A DNA stretch of 64,000 nt from an uncultured delta proteobacterium (GTDB lineage Bacteria; Desulfobacterota; Syntrophia; Syntrophales; UBA2185). Both the position numbers and the translations under genes were made by a program. The notes beneath the pieces are model-generated. The model saw only the letters and a list, made by a program, of their open reading frames with translations, did no database searches and was not told the origin of the DNA. Below, piece by piece: positions 24,157-34,659 of the stretch (the first letter of the stretch is position 1; each line of letters begins with the position of its first letter). Location: contig CAVOID010000013.1 of assembly GCA_963695875.1 (NCBI GenBank), positions 1-64,000 on the forward strand, in the 5' to 3' direction.

Positions 24157-24209
24157 CTACTAATACAATCGTTTCGATAGTAATTAAACTATTTGCAGAA
24201 TATTGTCAA
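24157..24209 (-). promoter_or_regulatory. -35 TTGACA (24204-24209) and candidate Rrf2 operator (24157-24184)
   Basis: Minus strand ATTACTA-N8-ATTGTATTAGTAG matches 5758-5785 ATTACTA-N8-ATTGAATTAGTAG. Confidence 0.55.
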
Positions 24210-24311
24210 GAAAAAATTACATATTTGATTGAACAATTCGATTATGATAGTAATTGCTTGTTCACATTTATAACAAGATGAAATGTTTTAAGTTATAATT
24301 ATTCTAAAATT

Positions 24312-25707
24312 ATGTCACAAAGAATCCGTTACTACAGCACAAACAGAAATCTTGATAACGCTTCAGGAATTGTCCCGTTTAAAGGAAGTGTTTCCTTCAA
24401 AGAGGCGCTCCTGCGGGGTCAGGCCCCTGACGAGGGACTTTTCATGCCTGACCCCATTCCGGTGCTGTCTCTCCACAATATCATGGCTTTAAGAGGAAAG
24501 GCCTTACACCGCGGCGGCAATGCTCGTCGCAAAGGCCTTTCTGGCCGATGAAATCCCCGACAGGGTTCTCGAAAAGATTGTGGAAGACTCATACAACTAC
24601 CCGGTCCCGCTGGAAAAAGTGATAGACCGCAAATATATCATGAGGCTTGATCAGGGGCCGACTGCCTCTTTTAAAGACTTTGCCGCCCGGATGATGGCCC
24701 GTCTGATGAGCTACTTCCGCGATCCTGGGAAAAGACTGAATGTCCTGGTTGCAACATCAGGAGACACGGGAAGCGCTGTCGGTGAGGCGTTCAAGGGTGT
24801 CGAAGGGATTGATGTCTACATCCTATACCCGGCAGGTGAAGTCAGCGGCATACAGAAGAAGCAGCTGGATACAATCGGCGATAATGTTCAGGCCATTTCC
24901 GTCGACGGCAAGTTTGACGATTGCCAGAATCTGGTCAAACAGGCCTTCTCCGATTCATCCCTTGCTGATCTTAATCTGACCTCGGCAAATTCCATTAATT
25001 TCGGCAGGATTCTTCCTCAGATCGTTTACTACGTCTATGCATACTGCACAACTCGCCGACGACAGGCGAAGAAATCGTGTTTTCCGTTCCTTCGGGAAAT
25101 TTCGGCGATGCCCTCGGCTGCGAATACGCAAGAAGGATGGGGCTCCCCGTGAAAAAACTCGTCATGCCGACCAATGAAAATGACGAATTCCCTAAATTTC
25201 TTGAGACAGGCATCTATGAAAAGATATCACCCTTCCAGGGCATGCCTGTCCAGTGCTATGAACGTGGGGCATCCGAGCAACCTCGCCCGGTTCTTTGATC
25301 TGTACGGGGGGACGGTAGATCGCGGCGGTGTTGTCCACAAATACCCCGATAGAGAAGAAATGAAGCGGCACATCTTTTCCGTAAGTATTTCTGACGAAGA
25401 GACAAAAAAAACTATCAAAAGGGTCTATGAACAATACCGGGTTCTCCTGGAGCCTCACGGGGCAGTGGGCTGGAGGGGTCTTGAGAGTTACCTGGAACGG
25501 TGCGGTGATTTCCCTTTATGTGTATCCCTCGAAACAGCACATCCGGCCAAGTTTCCTGATGAAATCGAAGACCTGCTGGGAATTATCCCTGAAAGGCCGC
25601 AGAGCATGAAGGACATAGATAACAGAAAGGGAGGACCATTTGAGCTTTCCGTTAATTATAATACATTTAAAAAATATTTAAGCAGCCGCCTGAAGATTAC
25701 ATCATGA
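24312..25707 (+). CDS. thrC: Threonine synthase; frameshifts near 24500, 25050 and 25230
   Basis: GQAPDEGLFMP, GPTASFKDF, ATSGDTG, SANSINFGR, VPSGNFG, TAHPAKF. Confidence 0.93.
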
Positions 25708-26459
25708 GAATGAGCTTACACCTCCCGGCTTACCTGATGATCCTCTCATCCATCTTCCTTTTCCTGGCATGTGCCCGGATCTCCGACACTCCCGGTAGGG
25801 CTGCTCTTCGGGAAGGCAAGCCGGTTCAAGAGAGAGACGTCCAAGACTTTCCGGCAAACATGATCGGTGAATCGTCCCAGATTCTCCTAGTCCGGAATAT
25901 GAACCCAGCCTCGGCTGACGTTCAGGTTCTTGCCCTGGAAAAGAGAAATGGCCGCTGGCAGAGTCCTTTTGTACCTATGGAAGGCGTAATTGGAAGAAAC
26001 GGTTTTGCACGGCCGGGAGAAAAGAGAGAGGGAGACGGCAGGACTCCTTCAGGCATATTCCCCCTCGGGACGGTCTTTGGCTATGAGCCGTCTTCTCCGA
26101 CACGGATGCCCTACCGGCAGGCGACTGTTGACGACCTCTGGGTCGATGACGTCCATGCCGATGATTACAACCGCTGGGTCAAGAAGGGCACAACCAAGGC
26201 CTCTTCATTTGAAAGGATGAGGCGGGAAGACGATTTATACAAGTACGGGATCGTAGTGGAATATAACACGAACCCCGTCATCAAAGGTTACGGAAGCGCC
26301 ATCTTTATCCATCTCTGGAAAGGCACGGGAAAGCCTACGGAGGGCTGCATTGCCCTGTCGGAAGAGGATCTCATCAGGGTCATCCGGTGGCTGAATCCGG
26401 AGGCAAGGCCCCTTGTCGTCATGGGAACGAAGGAAATTATCGAAGGGTATGGTAAATGA
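25704..26459 (+). CDS. L,D-transpeptidase (YkuD family) lipoprotein
   Basis: Lipobox FLAC; KREGDGRTPSG; GSAIFIH...TEGCI catalytic motif. Confidence 0.85.
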   Translation: MRMSLHLPAYLMILSSIFLFLACARISDTPGRAALREGKPVQERDVQDFPANMIGESSQILLVRNMNPASADVQVLALEKRNGRWQSPFVPMEGVIGRNGFARPGEKREGDGRTPSGIFPLGTVFGYEPSSPTRMPYRQATVDDLWVDDVHADDYNRWVKKGTTKASSFERMRREDDLYKYGIVVEYNTNPVIKGYGSAIFIHLWKGTGKPTEGCIALSEEDLIRVIRWLNPEARPLVVMGTKEIIEGYGK

Positions 26460-27230
26460 ACCGAAAGCCCCTCCTTGTACTAGCCTTCCTTCTTTTTATC
26501 TTTATCGTTCAGCCGCTCCTTCCGGATGTTAGCTGCTGTGAAAACGGGACGCCCGAGAGCTTTGTAAATGTCAAAGGGGTGACCCCCTCTATTCAGCTCG
26601 ATATACGGTACTACGGCTCTCATAACTTCGTCGGCGAGCGGATCGACGGCTACAACGCGCCAAAATGCCTCCTCACGAGGGAGGCGGCAGCTGCCCTTGC
26701 AAAGGTCCAAAAAGAACTTGAGGCATCCTCATTATCACTCAAGGTCTATGACTGCTATCGGCCACAGCGGGCGGTCAACCATTTTGTAAGGTGGGCAAAG
26801 GACATAAAGGACATAAAAACCAAAGAGGAGTTCTATCCAACGATGGAGAAGCTTGATCTTTTGAGGGGAGTTTATATCGACACCAGATCAGGCCACAGCA
26901 GGGGGAGTGCCGTTGACATCACCATTGTCCCCATCCCCGTGCCCGCGCAGGCCATGTATATGCCGGGAGAGAAGCTCTACGCGTGCTATCTCCCTGTGGA
27001 GAAACGATTCAAGGACAATAGCATCGACATGGGAACAGGTTTTGACTGCTTTCACAAATCTGTCTCATACGGCAAACAGAGAGGTAGGGAGAGCGCAGCA
27101 CAACAATCGTCTGCTGCTCAAAGCGCTCATGGAAAAACATGGATTCAGGAACTACGAAAAAGAGTGGTGGCACTTCACCCTAAGGGATGAACCGTTTCCG
27201 GAGACCTATTTCGATTTTGTCATCGAATGA
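26456..27230 (+). CDS. D-Ala-D-Ala dipeptidase (M15D, VanX/DdpX family); frameshift near 27057
   Basis: YDCYRPQRAV, SGHSRGSAVD, DMGTGFD, EWWHF. Confidence 0.92.
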
Positions 27231-27300
27231 CGCCCCTGCCCTGTAATTCTCGTCGTGAGGCTATGTCCCGGGGCGAACTGGAGAAGCCGATCGGATCATT

Positions 27301-28545
27301 ATGAACATCAAGTCGTCCACATTCTTCAGATCCTATGGGTTTTCGATCCTGTTGATCGCCTCCATCGGCATTGGCTCCGTATTGGGAATTGTCCTGAAGA
27401 AGGAAGCTGTTATCTTCAAACCCTTCGGGGATGTTTTTCTAAACCTCCTTTTTACCGCCATCGTTCCCCTTGTGTTCTTTTCCATCACCTCCGCCGTTGC
27501 CGGCATGTCCAATATGAAGCGCCTGGGCAAGATCCTCTCTGCCATGCTGTTCGTGTTCATACTGACGGGCATTGCTGCCTCGGCGATTATGGCCATTGCC
27601 GTGCAGTTTTATCCGCCGGCGATGGGAATCAGGCTGGATTTAAATATCCCTGCCGGCCTGGAGCAGTTCAAGACATCCGAACAGATCGTCAACGCATTTG
27701 CAGTGCCTGACTTCCTGGATATTCTCTCGAAGAAGAACATGCTCGCCCTGATTATCTTCTCCATCCTCATCGGGCTTGCCACCTCTTCGGTCGGGGAAAG
27801 GGGTAAGACATTCTCCGCATTTCTCGCCTCGGCAAATGAGGTGATGATGAAGGTCATTCACTATATCATGTTCTATGCTCCCGTCGGATTGTGCGCTTAC
27901 TTTGCTTATTTCATCGGGGTATACGGTCCTGAACTATTGGGTTCCTACCTCAGGGCTATGACGCTCTATTACCCTGTCACCATCCTTTATTTTTTCATTG
28001 CCTTTAGCCTTTACTCATACATTGCCGCAAGAGGAACCGGTGTGCGCACGTTCTGGAGAAATATCATCCCGCCGTCCCTCACGGCACTGGCCACGGCAAG
28101 CAGCGTGGCGACCATCCCGTCAAATCTCGAGGCGGCAAACAATACGGGCATCCCCAGGGACATCAGCGAGGTCGTCATCCCCATCGGCGCAACCATTCAC
28201 ATGGAAGGCTCCTGCCTCGCCGCCGTTCTGAAAATCGCCTTTTTATTCGGGTTGTTCCACATGGATTTCTCAGGAACCCAGACCATCCTGACGGCAATCG
28301 GTATAGCCATCCTGTGCGGCACTGTAGTGAGCGGTATTCCCGGGGGTGGCGTTATCGGGGAGGTACTGATCATTTCTTTATACGGATTCCCCCCGGAGGT
28401 CTTCCCGATTATTACGATGATCGGAACCCTTGTCGATCCTCCGGCAACCATGGTGAATGCCATAGGAGACAACGTCGCAAGCATGATGGTAGCCAGGATA
28501 TTGGGGGGGAAAGACTGGATGCAGGAAGGTCAGCGGAATCTCTAA
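27301..28545 (+). CDS. Dicarboxylate/amino acid:cation symporter (DAACS)
   Basis: Multi-TM; TASSVATIP, GATIHMEG, TMVNAIGD. Confidence 0.92.
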   Translation: MNIKSSTFFRSYGFSILLIASIGIGSVLGIVLKKEAVIFKPFGDVFLNLLFTAIVPLVFFSITSAVAGMSNMKRLGKILSAMLFVFILTGIAASAIMAIAVQFYPPAMGIRLDLNIPAGLEQFKTSEQIVNAFAVPDFLDILSKKNMLALIIFSILIGLATSSVGERGKTFSAFLASANEVMMKVIHYIMFYAPVGLCAYFAYFIGVYGPELLGSYLRAMTLYYPVTILYFFIAFSLYSYIAARGTGVRTFWRNIIPPSLTALATASSVATIPSNLEAANNTGIPRDISEVVIPIGATIHMEGSCLAAVLKIAFLFGLFHMDFSGTQTILTAIGIAILCGTVVSGIPGGGVIGEVLIISLYGFPPEVFPIITMIGTLVDPPATMVNAIGDNVASMMVARILGGKDWMQEGQRNL

Positions 28546-28588
28546 TTTCCAGGGCGCTGCGATATGCCCTTAAATGCCGTTCCTCTTG

Positions 28589-29041
28589 TTATTTAGCATC
28601 AACCTTGACATATGTCCTTCCCGTTATATTGACCTTTATCGTAGCCTTGGATTGTCTGCTGTTCTTCAGTTTAATATTGCCGAAAGGTGAGACGGTGCCT
28701 CTCGTAAGAAAATGAACCGTTTGTCCGTTCCCGAAACTGGCACTGTCGATTTCAATATCCGGTCCGAATGATGCGAGACGTTTGGTGACAGCAGCAGGTG
28801 TGTCCGGCTGGATGGTGTAGCTGTGTCCGTCAACATCAAAATTAATTCGATATGTTGTGTTCTCAGAAACCGCCCTTTCCCTGCATAAGAAGAAGTCAGA
28901 CACAATATGCCTTGCTGCCGATTCGAGATTTCTGTTTATTATGTAAGTATTAAAATTTAATCCAGCTATGGTAACAATTATCGACAATACGGCAAGAGTA
29001 ATGATCAACTCAACGATTGTAAATCCCTTCCTCAATTTCAT
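28589..29041 (-). CDS. Type IV minor pilin/pseudopilin, FimT/GspH family
   Basis: Prepilin cleavage motif KG/FTIVELIITLAV; start MKLRKG at 29041. Confidence 0.88.
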   Translation of the reverse strand: MKLRKGFTIVELIITLAVLSIIVTIAGLNFNTYIINRNLESAARHIVSDFFLCRERAVSENTTYRINFDVDGHSYTIQPDTPAAVTKRLASFGPDIEIDSASFGNGQTVHFLTRGTVSPFGNIKLKNSRQSKATIKVNITGRTYVKVDAK

Positions 29042-29214
29042 AAGGCACCTCTTAACCTTGATTTGCAAGACTCTGGTTTTATGACCTGTTAACTGGATTG
29101 GTTTTTTGAATTCTTGATAATTGATTATGACGCCTGCTATGCGCATCGATTCCGATGTGCAGATCATTTAAAACACGTATGTCTGAAAATGCAATATGAA
29201 AAAATTATTGAGAA

Positions 29215-29236
29215 AATACGAGTGAAAACTCGTATT
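29215..29236. terminator. Perfect 9-bp hairpin; possible terminator of the peptide SBP gene, or an operator
   Basis: AATACGAGT-GAAA-ACTCGTATT; T-rich tail on the minus strand. Confidence 0.4.
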
Positions 29237-29383
29237 ATAAGAAGTATAACATGAGGTGCAAAGGGGCGAAGGTGATGTTGAAAGTTTCCTGACCGTCGAA
29301 TTTATTGTGAATTAATGGTATTGATTTGCCGGAGCAAACACTTCTAGTCATAATTTAAGTTGATACTTTTGTGGACCTGACAC

Positions 29384-31018
29384 TTACCTCTCCATGACCA
29401 GTTTTTGTTCATTTTTAGGAACATACCACTTGATAAAGTCGTACCCGATCCCAAGGGGCGCCGGTTCAATACCACGAAATCGGGCATGGATAATCGGCAG
29501 GGCATCGGGAACATAGAGGAAGAGGTATGGCTGCTCCTCGGCCAGTATCTCCTGTATCCTGTCATAGTATTTTTTTCTCTCCTTCTGGTCGAAGGTTCCC
29601 CTGCCCTTTTCTATCAGTTTATCGACCTCCTCGTTTTTGTAGGATACGAAGTTCAATTCCTGTGGTCCCGTTTTGCTCGAATGCCAGACATCGTAGATGT
29701 CGGGATCAAGGGGTATGGTCCATCCCAGAATTGTCGCATCAAAGCGCCGCTTGTTGATGAAATCGTTGACAAAGGCGGCCCATTCAAGAACCCTGATCTT
29801 TACCTTGATGCCTATCTCGGAAAGACGCCTCTGGATGATTTCCGCACACTTCGCCCGAATCTCGTTTCCCTGATTCGTGATTATTTCAAAAACGAAAGGC
29901 TGACCGTCTTTATCCAGTATGCCGTCACCATCGGTATCTCTCCAGCCGGCAGCCGCCAGAAGCTCTCTCGCTTTCGCGGGATTGTATGGATACTTATTTA
30001 CGTTGGGGTTGTAGACCCAGGTGCCCGGCTTGAAGGGACCTGTGGCCTCCTTGCCCAATCCCAGCAGAATGCCCTGGATGATCTCATCCTTATTGATTCC
30101 GTATGCAATGGCCTGCCGCACACGCTTGTCGGTAAATAGAGGGTTTTTAAGATTATAACCTAGGTACGTGTAGGAAAAAGAAAGATACCGGTACTTATTG
30201 AAGTTCTTCCGGAATAGATTATTTTCTGTCTGTCTTGTATACTGAAGGGGAGTCAGGTTCATCCGATCGATGCCGTTTGCCCGCAATTCCAAAAACATGG
30301 TGGCCGTATCAGGTATGATCCGCATGATATTACCATCAATATACGGCCTGCCTTCGAAATAGTCCGTATTGGAGACGAGGACGATCTTCTGGCCGGGCAC
30401 CCAATCTTTGAATATGTATGGCCCTGTGCCTACGGGATGACGCGCCAGGGGAGATGTCGTGATGTCCTTCCCCTCAAGAAGATGCCTCGGCAGAACGGGC
30501 GAGCCCCAGCTCATAAGTGCAGGGGCGAAGGGTTTATCATAAGTAACCCGGAAGGTATAATCATCGAGGACCTCAGCCTTCTTGACCTTGAGAAAATCAC
30601 CTGAATAGGCGGTGGGGGTCTTGGGGTCGATGGTAACCTTATAGGTGAAGAGGACATCCTGAGCGGTAAACGGATAACCATCATGCCATTTCACCCCTCT
30701 TCTGAGGTGGAAGGTAATTACCAGTCCGTCCCTGGAGACCGCCCACGATTCGGCTAGGTCTCCGACGATGTTGATGTCTTTGTCATACTTGACCAGACCG
30801 TTATAAACCATAGAGGCTATGCCATGGGACGTACTGTCAGAAGATAAGATGGGAATCAAATTACTGGCATCACCAATGGAGCCCTCCACAATGATGTCCC
30901 CATAGGCAGGCCCTGAATCGGCAAGGTTTCTGGCGGCACTATCCCGCTCTTTCTGGCTGCAGCCCCATAAAGCAATATGCACGACAATGACAAGAGTGAC
31001 AAATTTTAAAATCTTCAT
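29384..31018 (-). CDS. Peptide ABC transporter substrate-binding lipoprotein (family 5, AppA/OppA-like)
   Basis: Lipobox LWGC, DLAESW, WHDG..FTAQDV, GTGPY, VRQAI. Confidence 0.93.
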   Translation of the reverse strand: MKILKFVTLVIVVHIALWGCSQKERDSAARNLADSGPAYGDIIVEGSIGDASNLIPILSSDSTSHGIASMVYNGLVKYDKDINIVGDLAESWAVSRDGLVITFHLRRGVKWHDGYPFTAQDVLFTYKVTIDPKTPTAYSGDFLKVKKAEVLDDYTFRVTYDKPFAPALMSWGSPVLPRHLLEGKDITTSPLARHPVGTGPYIFKDWVPGQKIVLVSNTDYFEGRPYIDGNIMRIIPDTATMFLELRANGIDRMNLTPLQYTRQTENNLFRKNFNKYRYLSFSYTYLGYNLKNPLFTDKRVRQAIAYGINKDEIIQGILLGLGKEATGPFKPGTWVYNPNVNKYPYNPAKARELLAAAGWRDTDGDGILDKDGQPFVFEIITNQGNEIRAKCAEIIQRRLSEIGIKVKIRVLEWAAFVNDFINKRRFDATILGWTIPLDPDIYDVWHSSKTGPQELNFVSYKNEEVDKLIEKGRGTFDQKERKKYYDRIQEILAEEQPYLFLYVPDALPIIHARFRGIEPAPLGIGYDFIKWYVPKNEQKLVMER

Positions 31019-31076
31019 GCCAGGAAGATTACAGGATGCAAGATGTCTTTTCAATTAAATTTTACATGCTTTACGC

Positions 31077-31105
31077 TTGACACACATGAACCGCTCCCCT
31101 ATACT
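31077..31105 (+). promoter_or_regulatory. Sigma70-type promoter
   Basis: TTGACA-17 nt-TATACT. Confidence 0.65.
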
Positions 31106-31191
31106 TTTATTTTAGCTCGCATATTATTTCTCCACCGAAAACAACATAAAAAATACCCTCTATACAGAACTTTCTTGAACACCGACAGAAC

Positions 31192-32772
31192 ATGACCGAT
31201 AAAACAAAACAGACGTATCACCGATGGGAAAATAGGATGGAGAAGCCCCACCTAGTCCTTGCCACGGCGTGGGACATACTGTGTGATACAATCAGAAATT
31301 ACAAGTATAACGGCAATGCCAATCAGGCCGCGGCTATTTCACTGTACGCGATTTTGTCTTTTATTCCCCTCTTCATACTCACTATGTTGGCGGCAAACTA
31401 CATTTTTGGCGCTCGTCCCGTTATTCAACATGATCTCATCGAAACTATCCGGGGATTTCACCCCTACTTCTCGGAATCTCTCCTTGAACAACTGGGCCAT
31501 ATAGAACAAAAAAAACAAGTCCTCGGCTGGGTCGGTATCTTCAGTCTGGTCTGGTTTTCCGCGATGATCTTCAATGCCATAGAACAAGCCATGAACATTA
31601 TTTTCCGTTCAAGGAAGTACCGAAACTATCTTGTCTCAAAACTCCTTGCCATCTCCATGATTCCTCTGGGGTGGACTGTCGGCATTGTCAGTGTAGGATT
31701 CACCTATATCTCAACACTCCTTGCTGATAAACCATTGCTGTCCAGTAAACAGTTTATAATCCTTCCCTTCCTGCACGGAGCCCTGTTTCGCTATATACTG
31801 CCTTTCCTTCTGACAGTGGCTTTTTTTACGATTGTCTACAAAATTATCCCCACAGTCAAAGTCAGTCTGGGAAGCGCGCTGACCGGTGCAGCCATTTTTT
31901 CCGCCTTAACGGAGATGGCCAAACACTTTTTCACCTGGTATGTGTCCAACTACACCAGATACCATGTGATTTTTGGTTCCCTGGAAACCGTAGTCATACT
32001 TGTAATCTGGGTCTTTTACGTGGCTTTGATCCTCCTCTTCTGTGCTGAGCTTATTTCCTCTTACCAGAGAAGAAATCTGATCCTCCTTGAAAAGGCCTTT
32101 TTAAAGCCCAGAAAGAAAACTATGGAAATCGATGAACGCCTGTTTAGGAAATTCGGCCGTATGTATCCCAAAGGCGCCTATATCTTCAAACAGGGAGATA
32201 CGGGGCAGGAAATGTACTACATTCTCGTGGGTAATGTACGCGTGGAAAAAATTGCCGGCCAGGTAAAGAAGGTGCTTGCTGAAATGGGGCCGGGGGATTA
32301 CTTCGGTGAAATGGCAGCGTTGATTGAAGCTCCTCGTACCGCTTCAGTACAAGCCACGGAGGACAGCAATGTGGCTGTCATTGACGGTAACACCTTTCGT
32401 GACCTGTTACGCGAGAGTGGGGACGTGTCCCTCTTTATGCTTAAAGAATTTTCTATCAGAATCAGACAAACAGGTATCGCGCTCGGTGAACTTACCCAAT
32501 CCTGGATCAAGTTAATGGCCATTCTCTACTTTTGCTACAAGTGGCCATTCCCGGATGACAAGGATCCCATTTATGACCTGGCGAGATACACAAGAAAAGA
32601 GCCGGTTGAGATTCAACAGTTATTATGGGATCTCAGAGATCAGGGGGTCATAACCATCCGGGATGGACGTGTTTCCGATTTCAGTAAGGAACGAGCTTGG
32701 GAATTGCTCAACAAGCAGGTCTTTTCCCCGGATAGGCGCGCAGAAAAACGAGATCTGGAAATTCATATATAG
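31192..32772 (+). CDS. YihY/BrkB family membrane protein fused to a cyclic-nucleotide-binding domain
   Basis: AAAISLYAILSFIP and YHVIFGSL (YihY); IFKQGDTG.EMY, GDYFGEMA...PRTASV (cNMP). Confidence 0.88.
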   Translation: MTDKTKQTYHRWENRMEKPHLVLATAWDILCDTIRNYKYNGNANQAAAISLYAILSFIPLFILTMLAANYIFGARPVIQHDLIETIRGFHPYFSESLLEQLGHIEQKKQVLGWVGIFSLVWFSAMIFNAIEQAMNIIFRSRKYRNYLVSKLLAISMIPLGWTVGIVSVGFTYISTLLADKPLLSSKQFIILPFLHGALFRYILPFLLTVAFFTIVYKIIPTVKVSLGSALTGAAIFSALTEMAKHFFTWYVSNYTRYHVIFGSLETVVILVIWVFYVALILLFCAELISSYQRRNLILLEKAFLKPRKKTMEIDERLFRKFGRMYPKGAYIFKQGDTGQEMYYILVGNVRVEKIAGQVKKVLAEMGPGDYFGEMAALIEAPRTASVQATEDSNVAVIDGNTFRDLLRESGDVSLFMLKEFSIRIRQTGIALGELTQSWIKLMAILYFCYKWPFPDDKDPIYDLARYTRKEPVEIQQLLWDLRDQGVITIRDGRVSDFSKERAWELLNKQVFSPDRRAEKRDLEIHI

Positions 32773-32885
32773 CCTGTTTCTTCAATCTCCCTTCCGCGTC
32801 CTAATAGATTAATCTTTACAAAAATTTCCCTCATGCCCTTTATGAGATACGTGCCGCATATACAACATCTTGTGCTCCTTTTTTC

Positions 32886-32915
32886 TTGACATACAAGATC
32901 AGTTCTCCCTATACT
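32886..32915 (+). promoter_or_regulatory. Sigma70-type promoter
   Basis: TTGACA-18 nt-TATACT. Confidence 0.6.
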
Positions 32916-32968
32916 TTAACCACTGAAAGGGACGTTCTTAAATACCATTTTTTGTCGGAGGAATCTCC

Positions 32969-33409
32969 ATGAAAAAAATTATCTTTGTAGCAATGATGAT
33001 CATCCTCTTAAACAGCCTGGCGATTGCCGGAGGAGGACTCGACAGTTTCCTTAACGATCTTAATATCCAGGCCCGGGCCGATATGAACGGCTTTTCCGCC
33101 AGAGTGAGCGCCCAATTCGGCGTCCCCCTGCCGCAGGTTCATGCCGTAATCGGTACGGTCGCAGCCCCAGCCGACGCCTTCATGGTCTTCCAGCTTGGCC
33201 AGATGACCCGCAAGCCGCCCGATAGGGTCGTGCAGGTATACCAGGCCAACAGAGGGAAAGGATGGGGAGTGATCGCCAAGAGCCTTGGCATCAAACCGGG
33301 GTCGCCTGAATTCCACGCCCTCAAGCGCGGTGACTTCGTTTTGAGCGGTCAGCCGGAAGAAGGCCCCGGGAAAGGAAAAGGGAAAGGCAAGGGAAAAGGA
33401 CACAACTAG
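32969..33409 (+). CDS. Exported hypothetical protein with a (GK)n tail
   Basis: GGAGG RBS, signal peptide, GKGWGVIAKSLGIKPGSPEFHALK, C-terminal GKGKGKGKGKG. Confidence 0.8.
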   Translation: MKKIIFVAMMIILLNSLAIAGGGLDSFLNDLNIQARADMNGFSARVSAQFGVPLPQVHAVIGTVAAPADAFMVFQLGQMTRKPPDRVVQVYQANRGKGWGVIAKSLGIKPGSPEFHALKRGDFVLSGQPEEGPGKGKGKGKGKGHN

Positions 33410-33430
33410 TTGCATCCTCTCCATACTCAC

Positions 33431-33463
33431 ACTTAACTTCCGGAACTTAACTTCCGGAACTTA
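33431..33463. repeat. 14-bp tandem repeat, ~2.4 copies
   Basis: ACTTAACTTCCGGA ACTTAACTTCCGGA ACTTA. Confidence 0.85.
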
Positions 33464-33513
33464 CCTTGCGAGCCATGGGTAAGAAGTATAGAAACATGCT
33501 CTAAGGCAAACAT

Positions 33514-34659
33514 ATGATAAGTATCTCAAGATTATATTGCGGCGCGGCAGAAACCATGGATGTTCTGCGCTATGGCGGCGAGAAGCATAAACGGCCGGTG
33601 GTCGTCTGGAACATGACCAGAAGGTGCAACCTCAAGTGCATACATTGCTATTCCAATTCCCGAAACATACAATATAAAAATGAATTGACCACTGATGAAG
33701 GGAAGAAGCTGATCTCCGATCTTGCCTCCTTCGGATCCCCGGTAATTCTTTTTTCCGGCGGGGAACCCTTAATGAGGGAAGATATGCCTGAGCTGGCCCA
33801 GTTTGCCGTAGATCGGGGGATGCGGGCCGTCATATCGTCCAACGCGACGCTGATGACAAAAAAAATGGCGGACATCCTCAAAAAAATAGGCGTTTCCTAT
33901 GTCGGTGTAAGTCTTGATGGGATGAAAAAAACACACGACCGCTTCAGGGGCGTTGAGGGAGCCTTTGACATGGCCCTCATGGGAATCAGAATCTGCAGGG
34001 ATGTAGGAATTAAAGTAGGCGTTCGTTTTACCATGAACAGGAAAAATTTTTCTGATATTCCTGCTATTTTTGATCTTATAGAGGAGGAAAATATCCCCCG
34101 GGCGTGTTTTTATCATTTGGTCTACTCAGGACGTGGCTCGAAACTGATCGATGAAGATCTGTCTCATGAAGAAGCACGGAAAGTTATCGATATTATCATG
34201 GACAGAACCCGTGATCTTTTCGAACGGGGAAAACCCAAAGAGATTCTTACAGTAGATAACCATGCCGACGGACCATATGTTTACATGCGTATGCGGAAGG
34301 AAGATCCCGAGCGGGCAAAGGAGGTTTTGTCTCTCCTTCAAGTGAATGAGGGCAACAGCTCCGGAATCGGCATTGGCTGTGTGAGCTGGGATGGTGAGGT
34401 TTATGCTGACCAGTTCTGGAGGGGTATCTCATTCGGCAACGTGCTAAAACGTCCTTTCAGTGAGATCTGGCTGGATACATCAAATGAACTGATGCTTAAA
34501 CTGAAAGACAAAAACAAATATGTGAAAGGTAGATGCTCCGTCTGCCGCTGGCTAGATATCTGCGGTGGAAATTTCCGTGCAAGGGCAGAGGCAGTCGCCG
34601 GAGACCCATGGGCTCCGGATCCGGCATGTTATCTTACGGAAAAAGAAATAGTAAAGTAA
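33514..34659 (+). CDS. ahbC: Radical SAM/SPASM protein, AhbC/NirJ1 (alternative heme biosynthesis)
   Basis: MISISRLYCG, RPVVVWNMTRRCNLKCIHCY, EILTVDNHADG, CGGNFRARAE, DPACYL. Confidence 0.85.
   Translation: MISISRLYCGAAETMDVLRYGGEKHKRPVVVWNMTRRCNLKCIHCYSNSRNIQYKNELTTDEGKKLISDLASFGSPVILFSGGEPLMREDMPELAQFAVDRGMRAVISSNATLMTKKMADILKKIGVSYVGVSLDGMKKTHDRFRGVEGAFDMALMGIRICRDVGIKVGVRFTMNRKNFSDIPAIFDLIEEENIPRACFYHLVYSGRGSKLIDEDLSHEEARKVIDIIMDRTRDLFERGKPKEILTVDNHADGPYVYMRMRKEDPERAKEVLSLLQVNEGNSSGIGIGCVSWDGEVYADQFWRGISFGNVLKRPFSEIWLDTSNELMLKLKDKNKYVKGRCSVCRWLDICGGNFRARAEAVAGDPWAPDPACYLTEKEIVK

Noticed and set aside
24210..24311. Thr/Ile attenuator upstream of thrC
   Set aside because: No Thr/Ile-rich short ORF or terminator hairpin found.
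33431..33463. Tandem repeat as a possible CRISPR remnant
   Set aside because: 14-bp units with no spacers and no cas genes; no CRISPR array was seen anywhere in the window.
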